A stretch of DNA of 64,000 nt, from positions 57,033 to 121,032 of the forward strand of contig PXRS01000077.1 of NCBI GenBank assembly GCA_003023785.1, written 5' to 3'. The position numbers and the translations under genes are program-made. The stretch is from Halobacteriales archaeon QS_5_68_33 (GTDB taxonomy: Archaea; Halobacteriota; Halobacteria; Halobacteriales; Haloarculaceae). Below the pieces are notes generated by a model. That model saw only the letters and a list, made by a program, of their open reading frames with translations. It did no database searches and was not told the origin of the DNA. Within the stretch, counting starts at the first letter, position 1; each line of letters starts with the position of its first letter. This document shows, piece after piece, positions 29,566-38,485 of the stretch.

Positions 29566-30228
29566 ATGTCACAAACCAACAAGCAAGTCATCGGCGACGG
29601 CGTGATGAGCGTCGGCGAGGGCGCCCGGATCTTCCCGGACGTCGAGGCCTGCATCGACTGCGGCGGCTGTGTGGTGGCGTGCAAGCGAACGTGGGACGTC
29701 CCCCGGGACGAACAGCGGATCAGCATCTCGACGATGCTGGAGGGCCAGGAGGGCGCCGAGGGCATGAACGCCGCCAGCGGCCGGGCGATGGAACAGGGCG
29801 TCAGCCCCGGCGAGACGTCGGTCCCGATGCAGTGTTACCACTGCGAGAACGCCCCCTGCGTGTCGGTCTGTCCGACGGACTCGCTCATCAAGAAAGACGA
29901 CGGCTTCGTCGACGTGCGCGACAGCCTCTGTATCGGCTGTCAGTACTGCCTGTCGGCCTGTCCGTTCGGCGCGCCGCAGTTCCCCGACTCGGACTCCGGC
30001 GCCGCGGCCGTGGTCGGCGGCGGCGGGCTGATGGACAAGTGCACGATGTGCGAGGAGCGCCAGGACGTCGGCAAGGGTCCGGCGTGTGCCGAGGAGTGTT
30101 CGACTGACGCCATCCTCGTCGGCGACTCCCGGGAGATAGCCTCGGAGCTGGAGAAACGCGACAGCGGCGTCTTCTTCAACGACGTCGCGATGGACGTCAT
30201 CTTCGGGGAGGACGCGGAGGCGTTCTGA
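29566..30228 (+). CDS. 4Fe-4S subunit of the formate dehydrogenase / DMSO-reductase-family complex (FdnH/DmsB-like)
   Basis: Four ferredoxin-type Cys clusters (CIDCGGCVVAC, CYHCENAPCVSVCP, CIGCQYCLSACP, CTMC...). Confidence 0.85.
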   Translation: MSQTNKQVIGDGVMSVGEGARIFPDVEACIDCGGCVVACKRTWDVPRDEQRISISTMLEGQEGAEGMNAASGRAMEQGVSPGETSVPMQCYHCENAPCVSVCPTDSLIKKDDGFVDVRDSLCIGCQYCLSACPFGAPQFPDSDSGAAAVVGGGGLMDKCTMCEERQDVGKGPACAEECSTDAILVGDSREIASELEKRDSGVFFNDVAMDVIFGEDAEAF

Positions 30229-30229
30229 G

Positions 30230-30661
30230 ATGAGCGACCACCAGCTCCCCGAGGAGGACGCCGCGACCTACAGCCGGACCGCCATCGTCGCCTCGGCGGT
30301 CGTCAGCGTCGCCGTCACGGCGGTCCTGGCCTGGGTCGCGTCCGGGTTCGGCGTCTTCTACGAGGGGCTGTTCCGGGTCGGGCCCACCGTCGAGGACGGC
30401 GGGGTCGGCGCCGACTGGGTCGCGGGCAACACGATCCCCGCGCTGGACTTCCTCATCGCGTTGGTCCACGCCGCGGACGTCATCATGGGCGTGTTCATCC
30501 TCTTCATGGTGTTTCTCCACTGGGCGTCGTTCCGGCGGCTGGCCGCGCGGATGCGCCAACCCGGCGAGGCCCGGGAGGCCAGCGGCGTCGCCACCGACGG
30601 CGGCACCGACGCGACGGCCGACGATGTGGCCGACCCAGCCACGGGAGGTGACGCGGAATGA
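30230..30661 (+). CDS. small membrane protein of the FDH operon
   Basis: 143 aa with hydrophobic helices; 1 nt after the upstream stop and overlapping the next start. Confidence 0.6.
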   Translation: MSDHQLPEEDAATYSRTAIVASAVVSVAVTAVLAWVASGFGVFYEGLFRVGPTVEDGGVGADWVAGNTIPALDFLIALVHAADVIMGVFILFMVFLHWASFRRLAARMRQPGEAREASGVATDGGTDATADDVADPATGGDAE

Positions 30662-31671
30662 CGAACCTGGACCACGGGAAGTTCACCCAGATGACGACCG
30701 TCTTTCACTCGCTCCTGGCGCTGGACGTGTTCGCCCTCTTTTTCACGGGCTACGCCATCATGTTCAACGACGAGCTCTGGTGGCTGCTGGTGTTGATGGG
30801 CGGCAACGTCGGCGTCGTCACCGTCCACCGGCTCGCCGGGCTCGGGCTTATCGCCCTGATCGTCTTCTGGGGCACGATGATGGTCGTCACCGACACCGGC
30901 CGGCGCAATTTCCAGCGGGTGATCCCGACCGGCGACGACATCGCCGCCTTCATCCAGGACGTGAAGTTCATGCTGGGCAGCGCGGACGAACGCCACCCCA
31001 ACGCCCGGCAGTTCGCCGGCTACGAGGCCGACGAGGTGCCCCTGCTGTCGTACATCGGCAAGGGCGTCGTCTTCATCTTCGCCATCGAACTGACGCTGCT
31101 CGTCGTGTCGGGCCTGCTCATCTGGAGCAAGACCGGCCTGATGGAGTACTTCGCGACGCGGACGGCCGCGATGGCGTTCGTCGTCTTCCACGGCCTGCTC
31201 GGGGTCATCATGCTGATGGGGGTCATGTTCCACATCTTCGAACACGGCTTCCACCCCGCGTTCTACCCGCTGGAGACGAAGGCGTTCATCCCGCGGCAGC
31301 TGGTCCCCGAGAGCCACGACGACCCCGAGGACGTCGACGGCACCGGCATCGAGCGGCTCTCGCTGTCGCCGAGCTGGAGCTGGGCCGCGAACCTCATGGG
31401 CGTCCTGGTCGTCATCGGCATCGTGAGCGTCCTCGTCGGGAGCATCTTCGACGAGGGCTACCCCGTGCCGCGCGAACTCGCCGTCGGCGGCGGCCCGACC
31501 AACCTCCTGCTGACGGTCGGGATCAACATCGGCATGTTCGTGCTGTTCGTGGGGCTCGTCCTCTCGCTGTACGGGAACGTCATCCGCCGGCGCTGGCAGC
31601 GCCAGCTCGAACGGGAGCGCGAACAGCGGGCCGCAGCCGACGGCGGCGAGGTCACCTCCGCCGAGGACTGA
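30658..31671 (+). CDS. cytochrome b-type membrane subunit (FdnI / Ni-Fe hydrogenase cytochrome b family-like)
   Basis: 337 aa polytopic protein with conserved His in TM helices (VTVHRLAG, VVFHGLLG, FHIFEHGFHP). Confidence 0.7.
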   Translation: MTNLDHGKFTQMTTVFHSLLALDVFALFFTGYAIMFNDELWWLLVLMGGNVGVVTVHRLAGLGLIALIVFWGTMMVVTDTGRRNFQRVIPTGDDIAAFIQDVKFMLGSADERHPNARQFAGYEADEVPLLSYIGKGVVFIFAIELTLLVVSGLLIWSKTGLMEYFATRTAAMAFVVFHGLLGVIMLMGVMFHIFEHGFHPAFYPLETKAFIPRQLVPESHDDPEDVDGTGIERLSLSPSWSWAANLMGVLVVIGIVSVLVGSIFDEGYPVPRELAVGGGPTNLLLTVGINIGMFVLFVGLVLSLYGNVIRRRWQRQLEREREQRAAADGGEVTSAED

Positions 31672-31712
31672 CCGCCCCTCGCCGTCCCGCCGTCGCGCCG
31701 TTTCTCGCGACG

Positions 31713-32111
31713 TTACGTCAGCAGTTCCGCGCCCTCGGAGGAGAGTTCGACCGTCACGTCCTGGCGGGTCTGTTCCTGGATCTGGTCGATGTTGCGGGTC
31801 AGCACCTGGAGGATGTCCTCGGGTTCGGGATAGACCAGCATGTTCCCGTCGTCGTCCTCCATGACGAGTTGCGTGTCCGAGAGCGCGACCTGGTCGCCCT
31901 CGATGCTGGCGACGATGGCGTTCAACTCCTCGGCGCCGCCCGGGTCGCCCTCCTCGACCATCGTGACGTAGAGGGCGTCCAGGCTGATGAGGTCCTTGTA
32001 CTCGCGGACCTGCCTGGCGCAGTCGACCATGTCCCGCGTGACGGCCGTCTTCTCCGCGTTCCCGTGTTCCCCCTCGTGACAGTGCTTGCAGACCCGGAGT
32101 TCGATCCGCAT
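31713..32111 (-). CDS. hypothetical protein with an N-terminal CxxCH motif
   Basis: 132 aa acidic ORF starting MRIELRVCKHCHEGEHG. Confidence 0.55.
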   Translation of the reverse strand: MRIELRVCKHCHEGEHGNAEKTAVTRDMVDCARQVREYKDLISLDALYVTMVEEGDPGGAEELNAIVASIEGDQVALSDTQLVMEDDDGNMLVYPEPEDILQVLTRNIDQIQEQTRQDVTVELSSEGAELLT

Positions 32112-32310
32112 GCCCCGGCATACACCGTACTGCCGTATTAGGATTGTGTCGACGGGCCGCACGGCTCTCGCCGTTCGCCCGCCCGGCCCGACCCGCTCGC
32201 GGGTGGGTCGGGGAAGGGCCGACAGCGACGGGGCGTAGTCGTGGCCGACAGCGACAGGGCGTGTTTATCGTTCACACACTTTTTTGCGCGCCAAGCCCCT
32301 GGTTCGACGT

Positions 32311-33393
32311 ATGCGCTCCACCATCGGGCGGGCCGCCGCGACGGTGCTGGCGGCGGCGGGCGTCCTCGCCGCGAGCGGTCAGGTCCGGGCACACGTCGAT
32401 TACGTCAGGAGCGGTCCCGGCGAGGTCGTCTCGGTCGTCGAGTTGCTGGTGGAGACGTTCTCGGACCCGCTGAACCTTGCGTTCTTCGGGGCGGGCGGGG
32501 CCGGGGTCGTCGCGTTCGTCGGCGGCTACCTCCACGCTCGCCCGCAACTCCGGGACATCGACGTCCTGCGGGAGACGCTGGAGGGGTACCGCGACCTGGT
32601 CCCGTGGATGCTCAGGCTGGCGCTGGGCCTGCCGCTGGTCGGGGCGGGCTTCGCGGGCTATTTCTTCTCGCCGGTCGTCCGGGTGGAGATGCGCGTCTTC
32701 CAGGTCGCGGTCGGGTTTCTCCTGCTGTTCGGGCTGGCGACGCGGTTCGTCGCCGCGGTCGGCCTGCTGGCGTATCTCGTGGGGCTGGCGTTCGAGCCGC
32801 GCCTGTTGCTCGCGCTGGAGTACGTGCCGGGACTGGCCGCCATCGTCCTGCTGGGCGGGGGCCGGCCCAGCGCCGACAACATGCTCCATCGGGTCGCCAG
32901 CGCCGACGGGACCGTCTACGGGAGCGTCGACCCCGTCCACCCCGCGGCGGCGTGGTTCGACGCCCGGGTCGACCCCTACGAGCGGTACGTCCCGACGGTG
33001 TTGCGCGTCGGCGTCGGCGTCTCGTTCGTCTACCTCGGCGGCGTCCAGAAACTCCTGCAGGCCGGCGAGGCGATGGTCGTCGTGGAGCAGTACAACCTCG
33101 AAGCGCTCCTGCCGATCACGGCCGAGGCCTGGGTCGTCGGCGCGGGCCTCACGGAACTGCTGCTGGGGGTGATCCTGATACTCGGGCTGTTCACCCGCGG
33201 GGCGGCGGCGCTGTCGTTCGTCATGTTCACGCTCACGCTGTTCGCGCTGGCCGACGACCCGGTGCTCGCGCACATCCCCCTGTTCGGGCTCGTCTCGGCC
33301 ATCTTCACCCTCGGGGGCGGCCCGCTGGCGCTCGACAACCGGCTACCGGCGTTCGTGGCCGACCGGCGCCCGCCCGCCTCGCCCGCCGACTGA
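32311..33393 (+). CDS. DoxX-like integral membrane protein
   Basis: Signal-like N-terminus and repeated DoxX-like hydrophobic blocks (LLLFGLATRFVAAVGLL, LILGLFTRGAAALSFVMF). Confidence 0.55.
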   Translation: MRSTIGRAAATVLAAAGVLAASGQVRAHVDYVRSGPGEVVSVVELLVETFSDPLNLAFFGAGGAGVVAFVGGYLHARPQLRDIDVLRETLEGYRDLVPWMLRLALGLPLVGAGFAGYFFSPVVRVEMRVFQVAVGFLLLFGLATRFVAAVGLLAYLVGLAFEPRLLLALEYVPGLAAIVLLGGGRPSADNMLHRVASADGTVYGSVDPVHPAAAWFDARVDPYERYVPTVLRVGVGVSFVYLGGVQKLLQAGEAMVVVEQYNLEALLPITAEAWVVGAGLTELLLGVILILGLFTRGAAALSFVMFTLTLFALADDPVLAHIPLFGLVSAIFTLGGGPLALDNRLPAFVADRRPPASPAD

Positions 33394-33422
33394 CGGGCAT
33401 ACCCGACCTCGGGTCGCTTTCA

Positions 33423-33500
33423 GACGGTCGGTCGTACCGATTGACCGGTATTTTGCCGACCGGTCCGACGAAATCCGGAAACTATTGACAACCGACCGTA
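33423..33500 (-). mobile_element. MITE-like hairpin element, family 1, copy D (78 bp)
   Basis: GACGGTCGGTCGT...ACAACCGACCGTA flanked by TCA (33420-22) and TCA (33501-03). About 92% identical to copy F. Confidence 0.8.
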
Positions 33501-33554
33501 TCACGGCGAACGCCCCGGCCAACCCTCATTACGGCGCGTCACGAAAACCCGGGT

Positions 33555-34187
33555 ATGCGAAGCGGCGTCATCGTCGCGGGCGGGCGCTCGACCCGCTTCG
33601 GCGACGCGGACAAGGCCGTCGCCGAACTCGCCGGCACTCCGATGATCCGGCGGGTCGTCGACCGGGTCGCCCTCGCCGTCGACGAGGTGGTCGTCAACTG
33701 CCGCGCGGACCAGCGCGAGGCTATCGACGCTGCGCTCGACGGGTTCGACCACCCCGTCTCGTTCGCGCTCGACCCCGAACCGGACCTGGGGCCGCTCGCG
33801 GGCATCGCGGCCGGGCTGGACGCCGCCGAGGGGACCTACGCGTTCGTCGTCGCCTGTGACATGCCGTTCGTCGCGAGCGCCCTCATCTCATATCTCTTCG
33901 AGCGGGCCGAGGGACACGACGGCGCCGTCCCGCGACCCGACGAGTGGTTCCAGACGACCCAGGCTGTCTACCGCACCGACGCGATGGCCGCCGCCGCCCG
34001 GCGAGCGCTGGCGGACGGCGACCGCCGTGTCGTCGCGCCGCTGGAGGACCTCGATATCGTCGTCGTCGACCGCGAGGCGGTCGAGGAACACGCCTCACTG
34101 GAGACCTTCGAGAACCTCAACACCCGCGAGGAGTTCGCGGCGGCACAGGAACGCTTCGACGGGCGACCGGAGGGTTCGGAGCGATGA
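33555..34187 (+). CDS. mobA: molybdenum cofactor guanylyltransferase
   Basis: GVIVAGGRSTRFG..DKA nucleotide-binding N-terminus with MobA-like layout. Confidence 0.85.
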   Translation: MRSGVIVAGGRSTRFGDADKAVAELAGTPMIRRVVDRVALAVDEVVVNCRADQREAIDAALDGFDHPVSFALDPEPDLGPLAGIAAGLDAAEGTYAFVVACDMPFVASALISYLFERAEGHDGAVPRPDEWFQTTQAVYRTDAMAAAARRALADGDRRVVAPLEDLDIVVVDREAVEEHASLETFENLNTREEFAAAQERFDGRPEGSER

Positions 34188-34384
34188 CCGACAACACCGT
34201 CCCGCGGGAGCACGTCCGGGCCGGCGTCGTCGAATGCCCGCTCTGTGGCCGCCAGATCGCGGAGCCGACCGACCACCTCCGCGTCTTCGGCCCGGCCTGT
34301 GACCCGACCGCCGGGACGGCCGACGCGGTCGAGTGTCCCGTCTGTGACGGCGTCTCCTTCCTGAAACCGCGACCGGACGGCTGA
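34184..34384 (+). CDS. small zinc-ribbon protein (66 aa)
   Basis: CPLC...CPVC pairs. The ATG overlaps the mobA stop (ATGA). Confidence 0.5.
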   Translation: MTDNTVPREHVRAGVVECPLCGRQIAEPTDHLRVFGPACDPTAGTADAVECPVCDGVSFLKPRPDG

Positions 34385-34436
34385 TGCGCCGTCGGTCGGC
34401 CCCGCCCCTCGACGAGTGGGCGCTGCTGCGCCCATT

Positions 34437-35162
34437 TCACCCCTCGACGACATCGACCAGCGGGTTCTCGGCGCGCATCTCCGCCAGGACGACTCGCGGG
34501 ACCGGCGCCCGCGCCAGCACCTCGTCGGCGATCTCGCGGGCCGTCGCCGCCAGGTCCTCGTCGTCGACCTTGTTCACGAGCGGGACCACCGTCGCGTCTC
34601 CGGGCACGTCCTTTCTGCCGCCGGCCTCGCTGGCGAGGACCGCCGCCACGTCCTCGGGTCGGAGGCGTTCGCCGGGGTCGCGGCCGGTGAGCGCCGCCAC
34701 GCGCTCGACGCGGTGGACGCGCTCCTCGTCGAGCGGTTCCCCCACGACGTGAGCGCTGGCTATCGGGACCACGGTATCTGCCTTCGAAGGTATCCGGGGC
34801 TCGCGGTCGCTCGGGGCCTTGAACTCGCGCATCCGCGCGCCGTCGGCCTTGACGAGCACGGGGTCGTGCGCCTCGCGTATCGCGTCGACGGTTGCGGGGT
34901 CGTACCCTCGATAGCGGTCGGACCGCTCCCGCTCGGGAACGACGCCCAGGGGCCGTTCCTCGGCGGATTCGACGGCCGAAACGGGGTCGTCGGTGACGAC
35001 GACGCGCTCGACCCACGAATCGAAGATGGGGATCCGGACGGTGGCGGTGACGACCGCCCGGTCGAGGCGGGCCGCGAGTGCCGCCATCGTCGTCTTCTTG
35101 CCGCCCGCGCCGACGACGCAGGTGGAGCCCCGCCGCGCCGAGAGCGCGTCGACGATGTCCAT
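34437..35162 (-). CDS. yqeC: YqeC-family molybdenum-hydroxylase / selenium-cofactor accessory protein
   Basis: N-terminal P-loop-like VVGAGGKKTTMAALA followed by VVTATVRIP, the characteristic YqeC layout. Confidence 0.7.
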   Translation of the reverse strand: MDIVDALSARRGSTCVVGAGGKKTTMAALAARLDRAVVTATVRIPIFDSWVERVVVTDDPVSAVESAEERPLGVVPERERSDRYRGYDPATVDAIREAHDPVLVKADGARMREFKAPSDREPRIPSKADTVVPIASAHVVGEPLDEERVHRVERVAALTGRDPGERLRPEDVAAVLASEAGGRKDVPGDATVVPLVNKVDDEDLAATAREIADEVLARAPVPRVVLAEMRAENPLVDVVEG

Positions 35163-35242
35163 ACCCGAGGGTGGAGACGGACGGTGTTAAGCGTATCCGC
35201 GCCGCCGGCGTTCCGCGGAGTCCGCCGGAGAGCGACATCGAC

Positions 35243-35255
35243 ACAACCGACCGTA
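35243..35255. repeat. solo right TIR of a family 1 element
   Basis: ACAACCGACCGTA immediately followed by TCA (35256-58), which is the tfx stop codon. Some element core remains upstream (ACATCGAC). Confidence 0.6.
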
Positions 35256-35675
35256 TCACGCCGGGGCGACCGTCACGTCCCCGTCGTCCGTAATCGTGAC
35301 CTCGACGTCGGTTTCGAGGACGTTCCGGTCGGTGTGCGTCTCGAGTTGCTCGTAGAGGCGCCCGTACAGTTCCGGTCGCGCGTACTCGATCTTGACGCCC
35401 GTCTCGTCGCCGGACTCGTAGATCCGCTCGACCAGGTCGTCGAAGGAGGTGCCCGCCGCGACGGTGATCCGCCCCGGCGACCGGATCCGCCGCGCGAGTT
35501 CGAGCGTGCGACGCGCCTTCCGGACGTTCTCCCGGGCGGCGCGCTCGACGGCGCTCACGTTCGAGTCGGTCGTCCCGATCCGCTCTGCGACCTCCCGCTG
35601 GGTGTCGCCCTCCTCCCGGAGTTCCAGCACCTCCACCTGGCGGCCGGTCAGGAACGTTTCCTCCGTCTCGACCAT
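35256..35675 (-). CDS. tfx: Tfx-family DNA-binding transcriptional regulator
   Basis: LTGRQVEVLELREEGDTQREVAERIGTTDSNVSAVERAARENVRKA HTH, plus the Tfx C-terminal domain. Confidence 0.8.
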   Translation of the reverse strand: MVETEETFLTGRQVEVLELREEGDTQREVAERIGTTDSNVSAVERAARENVRKARRTLELARRIRSPGRITVAAGTSFDDLVERIYESGDETGVKIEYARPELYGRLYEQLETHTDRNVLETDVEVTITDDGDVTVAPA

Positions 35676-35698
35676 GCGATCGAAACGGATGTGTTTGA

Positions 35699-35710
35699 CA
35701 TAAGCTTATG
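35699..35710. promoter_or_regulatory. palindromic TATA-like element shared by the divergent tfx and wtpA genes
   Basis: Perfect 12-bp palindrome CATAAGCTTATG, centred about 30 nt from both the tfx ATG (35675) and the wtpA ATG (35735). Confidence 0.4.
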
Positions 35711-35715
35711 GTCCA

Positions 35716-35736
35716 ATGGATCCTGGTTGGATCCAT
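35716..35736. promoter_or_regulatory. inverted repeat overlapping the wtpA start (candidate operator)
   Basis: ATGGATCC-TGGTT-GGATCCAT, a perfect 8-bp inverted repeat. Confidence 0.3.
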
Positions 35737-36640
35737 GTCGAGTCCCGGTCCATCGGCCAGCCGGCGGGCGTTCCTCGCGGGGGTCGCGGCGTCCGGACTG
35801 GGAGCCGGCTGTCTGGCGGGGGCGGCCGGCGGGGAGGCGGTGTCGCTGCTGGCGGCCGGCAGCCTCCAGAACGCCCTGGAGAACGGGCTCGCCCTGCAGG
35901 TCGAGCCCACCGTGCAGGTGGAGGCGCGAGGGTCTGTCGAACTCGCACGCCAGGTCGCGGAGGGACAGAAGGACCCGGACATCGTCGCCGTCGCCGACGA
36001 CGGGCTGTTCGGGTCGACGCTCGACGCGCCGTGGCACGCCGTCTTCGCCACCAACGCGATCGTCCTCGCGTACAACCCCGAGACGGAGGGGGGCCGGCGA
36101 GTCGGGGCGGCTGCCCCTGACGAGTGGTACCGGCCGCTCGTCGACGGGGACGTGACGCTCGGTCGGACCGACCCGGACCTGGACCCGCTGGGCTACCGGA
36201 CGCTGTTCGCGCTCGAACTCGCGGCCGACCACTACGGGACGGCGACCGACCTGCGGGCGGCGGTGGCGGGCCCGGACCAGACCTACCCCGAGACGCAGCT
36301 GGTCAGCCAGCTCGAGACCGGGTCGGTCGACGCGGCGTTCGTCTACCGGAACATGGCGGTCGAACGCGACTACGCCTCCGTCGACCTGCCGGCGGCCGCC
36401 GACCTGAGTGACCCCGCCCACGCCGACGCGTACGCGACTGCAACCTACGAACTCCCGGACGGGACTACGGTCGAGGGAGACGTCATCCGCTACGCGGCGA
36501 CCGCGCGGCGGGAGTCCGAGGCGGTCCGCGACGTCTTCGAGTCCTGCGTGGCCGGCGACTACCTCGCGTCGTACGGGTTCGCACGGCCCGAAGGATACCC
36601 CCGGTTCACCGACGATGCACCGGACGGAGTCGCGAACTGA
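35735..36640 (+). CDS. wtpA: tungstate/molybdate ABC transporter substrate-binding protein (WtpA-like), Tat lipoprotein
   Basis: SRRAFLAGVAASGLGAGC signal/lipobox and SLLAAGSLQNALE WtpA/ModA-type fold. An alternative ATG lies at 35708. Confidence 0.75.
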   Translation: MSSPGPSASRRAFLAGVAASGLGAGCLAGAAGGEAVSLLAAGSLQNALENGLALQVEPTVQVEARGSVELARQVAEGQKDPDIVAVADDGLFGSTLDAPWHAVFATNAIVLAYNPETEGGRRVGAAAPDEWYRPLVDGDVTLGRTDPDLDPLGYRTLFALELAADHYGTATDLRAAVAGPDQTYPETQLVSQLETGSVDAAFVYRNMAVERDYASVDLPAAADLSDPAHADAYATATYELPDGTTVEGDVIRYAATARRESEAVRDVFESCVAGDYLASYGFARPEGYPRFTDDAPDGVAN

Positions 36641-37424
36641 GCGACCGGTCGGCGGCCGCGACTGGCTGTCGGTCGCGTTCCTGCTCGGGGCGGTCCTGCT
36701 CGTCTACTACCTGGTCCCGTTGCTGTCGCTGTTCGTCGCGCAGCCCCCGGGAGCGGTGCTCGAACGCCTGACCGCGCCGGAGGTCCTGGCGGCCGTCCGG
36801 ACCTCGCTGACCGGTGCGCTCGCGAGCACCGCGCTGGCGGCGCTGTTCGGCGTTCCGCTGGCCTACTGGCTGGCCCGGACCGACGGGCGCCTGACGACGG
36901 TCGTCTCGGCCGTCGTCGTCCTCCCGCTGGTGGTGCCGCCGATCGTCGGCGGGATGGTACTCCTGACCGTGGTCGGCCCGAACACGCCCGTCGGCGACCT
37001 CGCCGGCGCGGCGGGGATCCCGCTGACCCGCTCGCTCGCCGGCGTCGTGCTGGCCCAGACGTTCGTCGCCTCGCCGTTCGTCGTCATCACCGGGCGCGCG
37101 GCCATCGAGGGCGTCGACGAGGGCCTCGAACACGCCTCGCGCTCGCTCGGCAAGGGGCGGCTCGCGACGTTCCGTCGTGTGACGCTCCCGCTGGCCTGGC
37201 CCGGCATCCTCGCGGGGATCACGCTGACGTTCTCGCGGGCGCTCGGGGAGTTCGGCGCGACCGTCATGCTCGCCTACTACCCCCGCACCATGCCGGTGGA
37301 GATCTGGGTGTCGTTCACCACCCTGGGGCTGGACGCGGCGTTCCCGGTCGCCGTCGTCCTCGTCTGCGTCGCCGTCGCGACCATCGTCGTCCTCAACGAC
37401 CTCGGGAGGCGCCCCCTCGGATGA
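36615..37424 (+). CDS. wtpB: tungstate/molybdate ABC transporter permease
   Basis: Internal ATG (MHRTESRTERPVGG...) of track ORF 36408..37424. CysTW/ModB-type permease with an EAA-like loop (EHASRSLGKGRLATFRRVTLP). Confidence 0.75.
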   Translation: MHRTESRTERPVGGRDWLSVAFLLGAVLLVYYLVPLLSLFVAQPPGAVLERLTAPEVLAAVRTSLTGALASTALAALFGVPLAYWLARTDGRLTTVVSAVVVLPLVVPPIVGGMVLLTVVGPNTPVGDLAGAAGIPLTRSLAGVVLAQTFVASPFVVITGRAAIEGVDEGLEHASRSLGKGRLATFRRVTLPLAWPGILAGITLTFSRALGEFGATVMLAYYPRTMPVEIWVSFTTLGLDAAFPVAVVLVCVAVATIVVLNDLGRRPLG

Positions 37425-38485
37425 CCGGCGCGCTCGAACTCGACGGGCTGGCGACGGCCTACGACGGCTTCTCGTTCGGGCCGCTGGACCTCCGGGTGGA
37501 CGAGGAGGTGCTGACCGTCCTCGGTCCCTCGGGCAGCGGGAAGACGACGCTGCTCTCGCTGGTCGCCGGACTGGTCGTCCCGGACCGCGGGTCGGTCACC
37601 CTGAAGGGGCGCTCGCTGGTCGGCCGGCCGCTGGAGAGCCGCCGCGTCGGTCTCGTCTTCCAGGACGGCGCGCTGTTCCCGCACATGACCGCCCGCGAGA
37701 ACGTCGCCTACGCGGCCGAGGCCGACGAACGCGTGGCCGACCTCGCGGCGACCCTCGAGATCGAGGGCGTGCTCGACCGCCGGCCGGCGGCGCTATCTGG
37801 CGGCGAGCGCCGGCGGGTGGCGCTGGCCCGGACGCTGGCCGCCGACCCGGACGCGCTGTTGCTCGACGAACCGCTCACGAGCCTCGACGAACCCGTCCGG
37901 CGGCGGTTGCGCACCGAACTCGCCGACCTGTTCGCCGACCTGGGGGTGCCCGTCGTCCACGTCACCCACGACCAGCGGGTGGCGACGGCGCTGGGCGACC
38001 GCGTCGCGGTCCTCCGGGACGGCGCGATAGCGCAGGTCGGGACCCCCGCCGACGTCCTCAGGCGGCCGGCGACGCCGTTCGTCGCCGAGTTCACCGGCAG
38101 CGACAACGTCTTCGAGGCGACGGTGGTTGCCAGCGACGGTGAGGTCGAGACCGACGGGGACGGCGCCCGCCTGCGCGTCGGCGACCTGACGCTCGACGTG
38201 ACGGCGACGGCCCCGGCCGGGACGACCGTCACCGCCTGTCTCCGGCCCTCGCGGCTGCGGGTGGCGGCGCCCGCCGCGGCCGACGGCGGGCCGAACGCCG
38301 TCGCCGGGACCGTCACGCGCTGGGCGAACGAGGGCGACGAATATCGCCTCGTCGTCGCCGTGAACGGGGCGGACCTGGAGTTCGTCGCGAGCGTTCGCCC
38401 CGACCGCGTCGAATCGCTCTCGCTCTCGGCCGGGGCCGACGTGTCGCTCGCGGTCCCGCCCGACCACGTCCACCTGATCACCTAG
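37421..38485 (+). CDS. wtpC: tungstate/molybdate ABC transporter ATP-binding protein with a C-terminal TOBE-like domain
   Basis: Walker A GPSGSGKTT, signature LSGGERRRVALAR, Walker B LLLDEP. Confidence 0.8.
   Translation: MTGALELDGLATAYDGFSFGPLDLRVDEEVLTVLGPSGSGKTTLLSLVAGLVVPDRGSVTLKGRSLVGRPLESRRVGLVFQDGALFPHMTARENVAYAAEADERVADLAATLEIEGVLDRRPAALSGGERRRVALARTLAADPDALLLDEPLTSLDEPVRRRLRTELADLFADLGVPVVHVTHDQRVATALGDRVAVLRDGAIAQVGTPADVLRRPATPFVAEFTGSDNVFEATVVASDGEVETDGDGARLRVGDLTLDVTATAPAGTTVTACLRPSRLRVAAPAAADGGPNAVAGTVTRWANEGDEYRLVVAVNGADLEFVASVRPDRVESLSLSAGADVSLAVPPDHVHLIT

Noticed and set aside
32128-32158. TACTGCCG...TTGTGTCGAC, a possible heavily deleted family 2 element.
   Set aside because: The matches to both TIRs are short, and there is no flanking TSA repeat.
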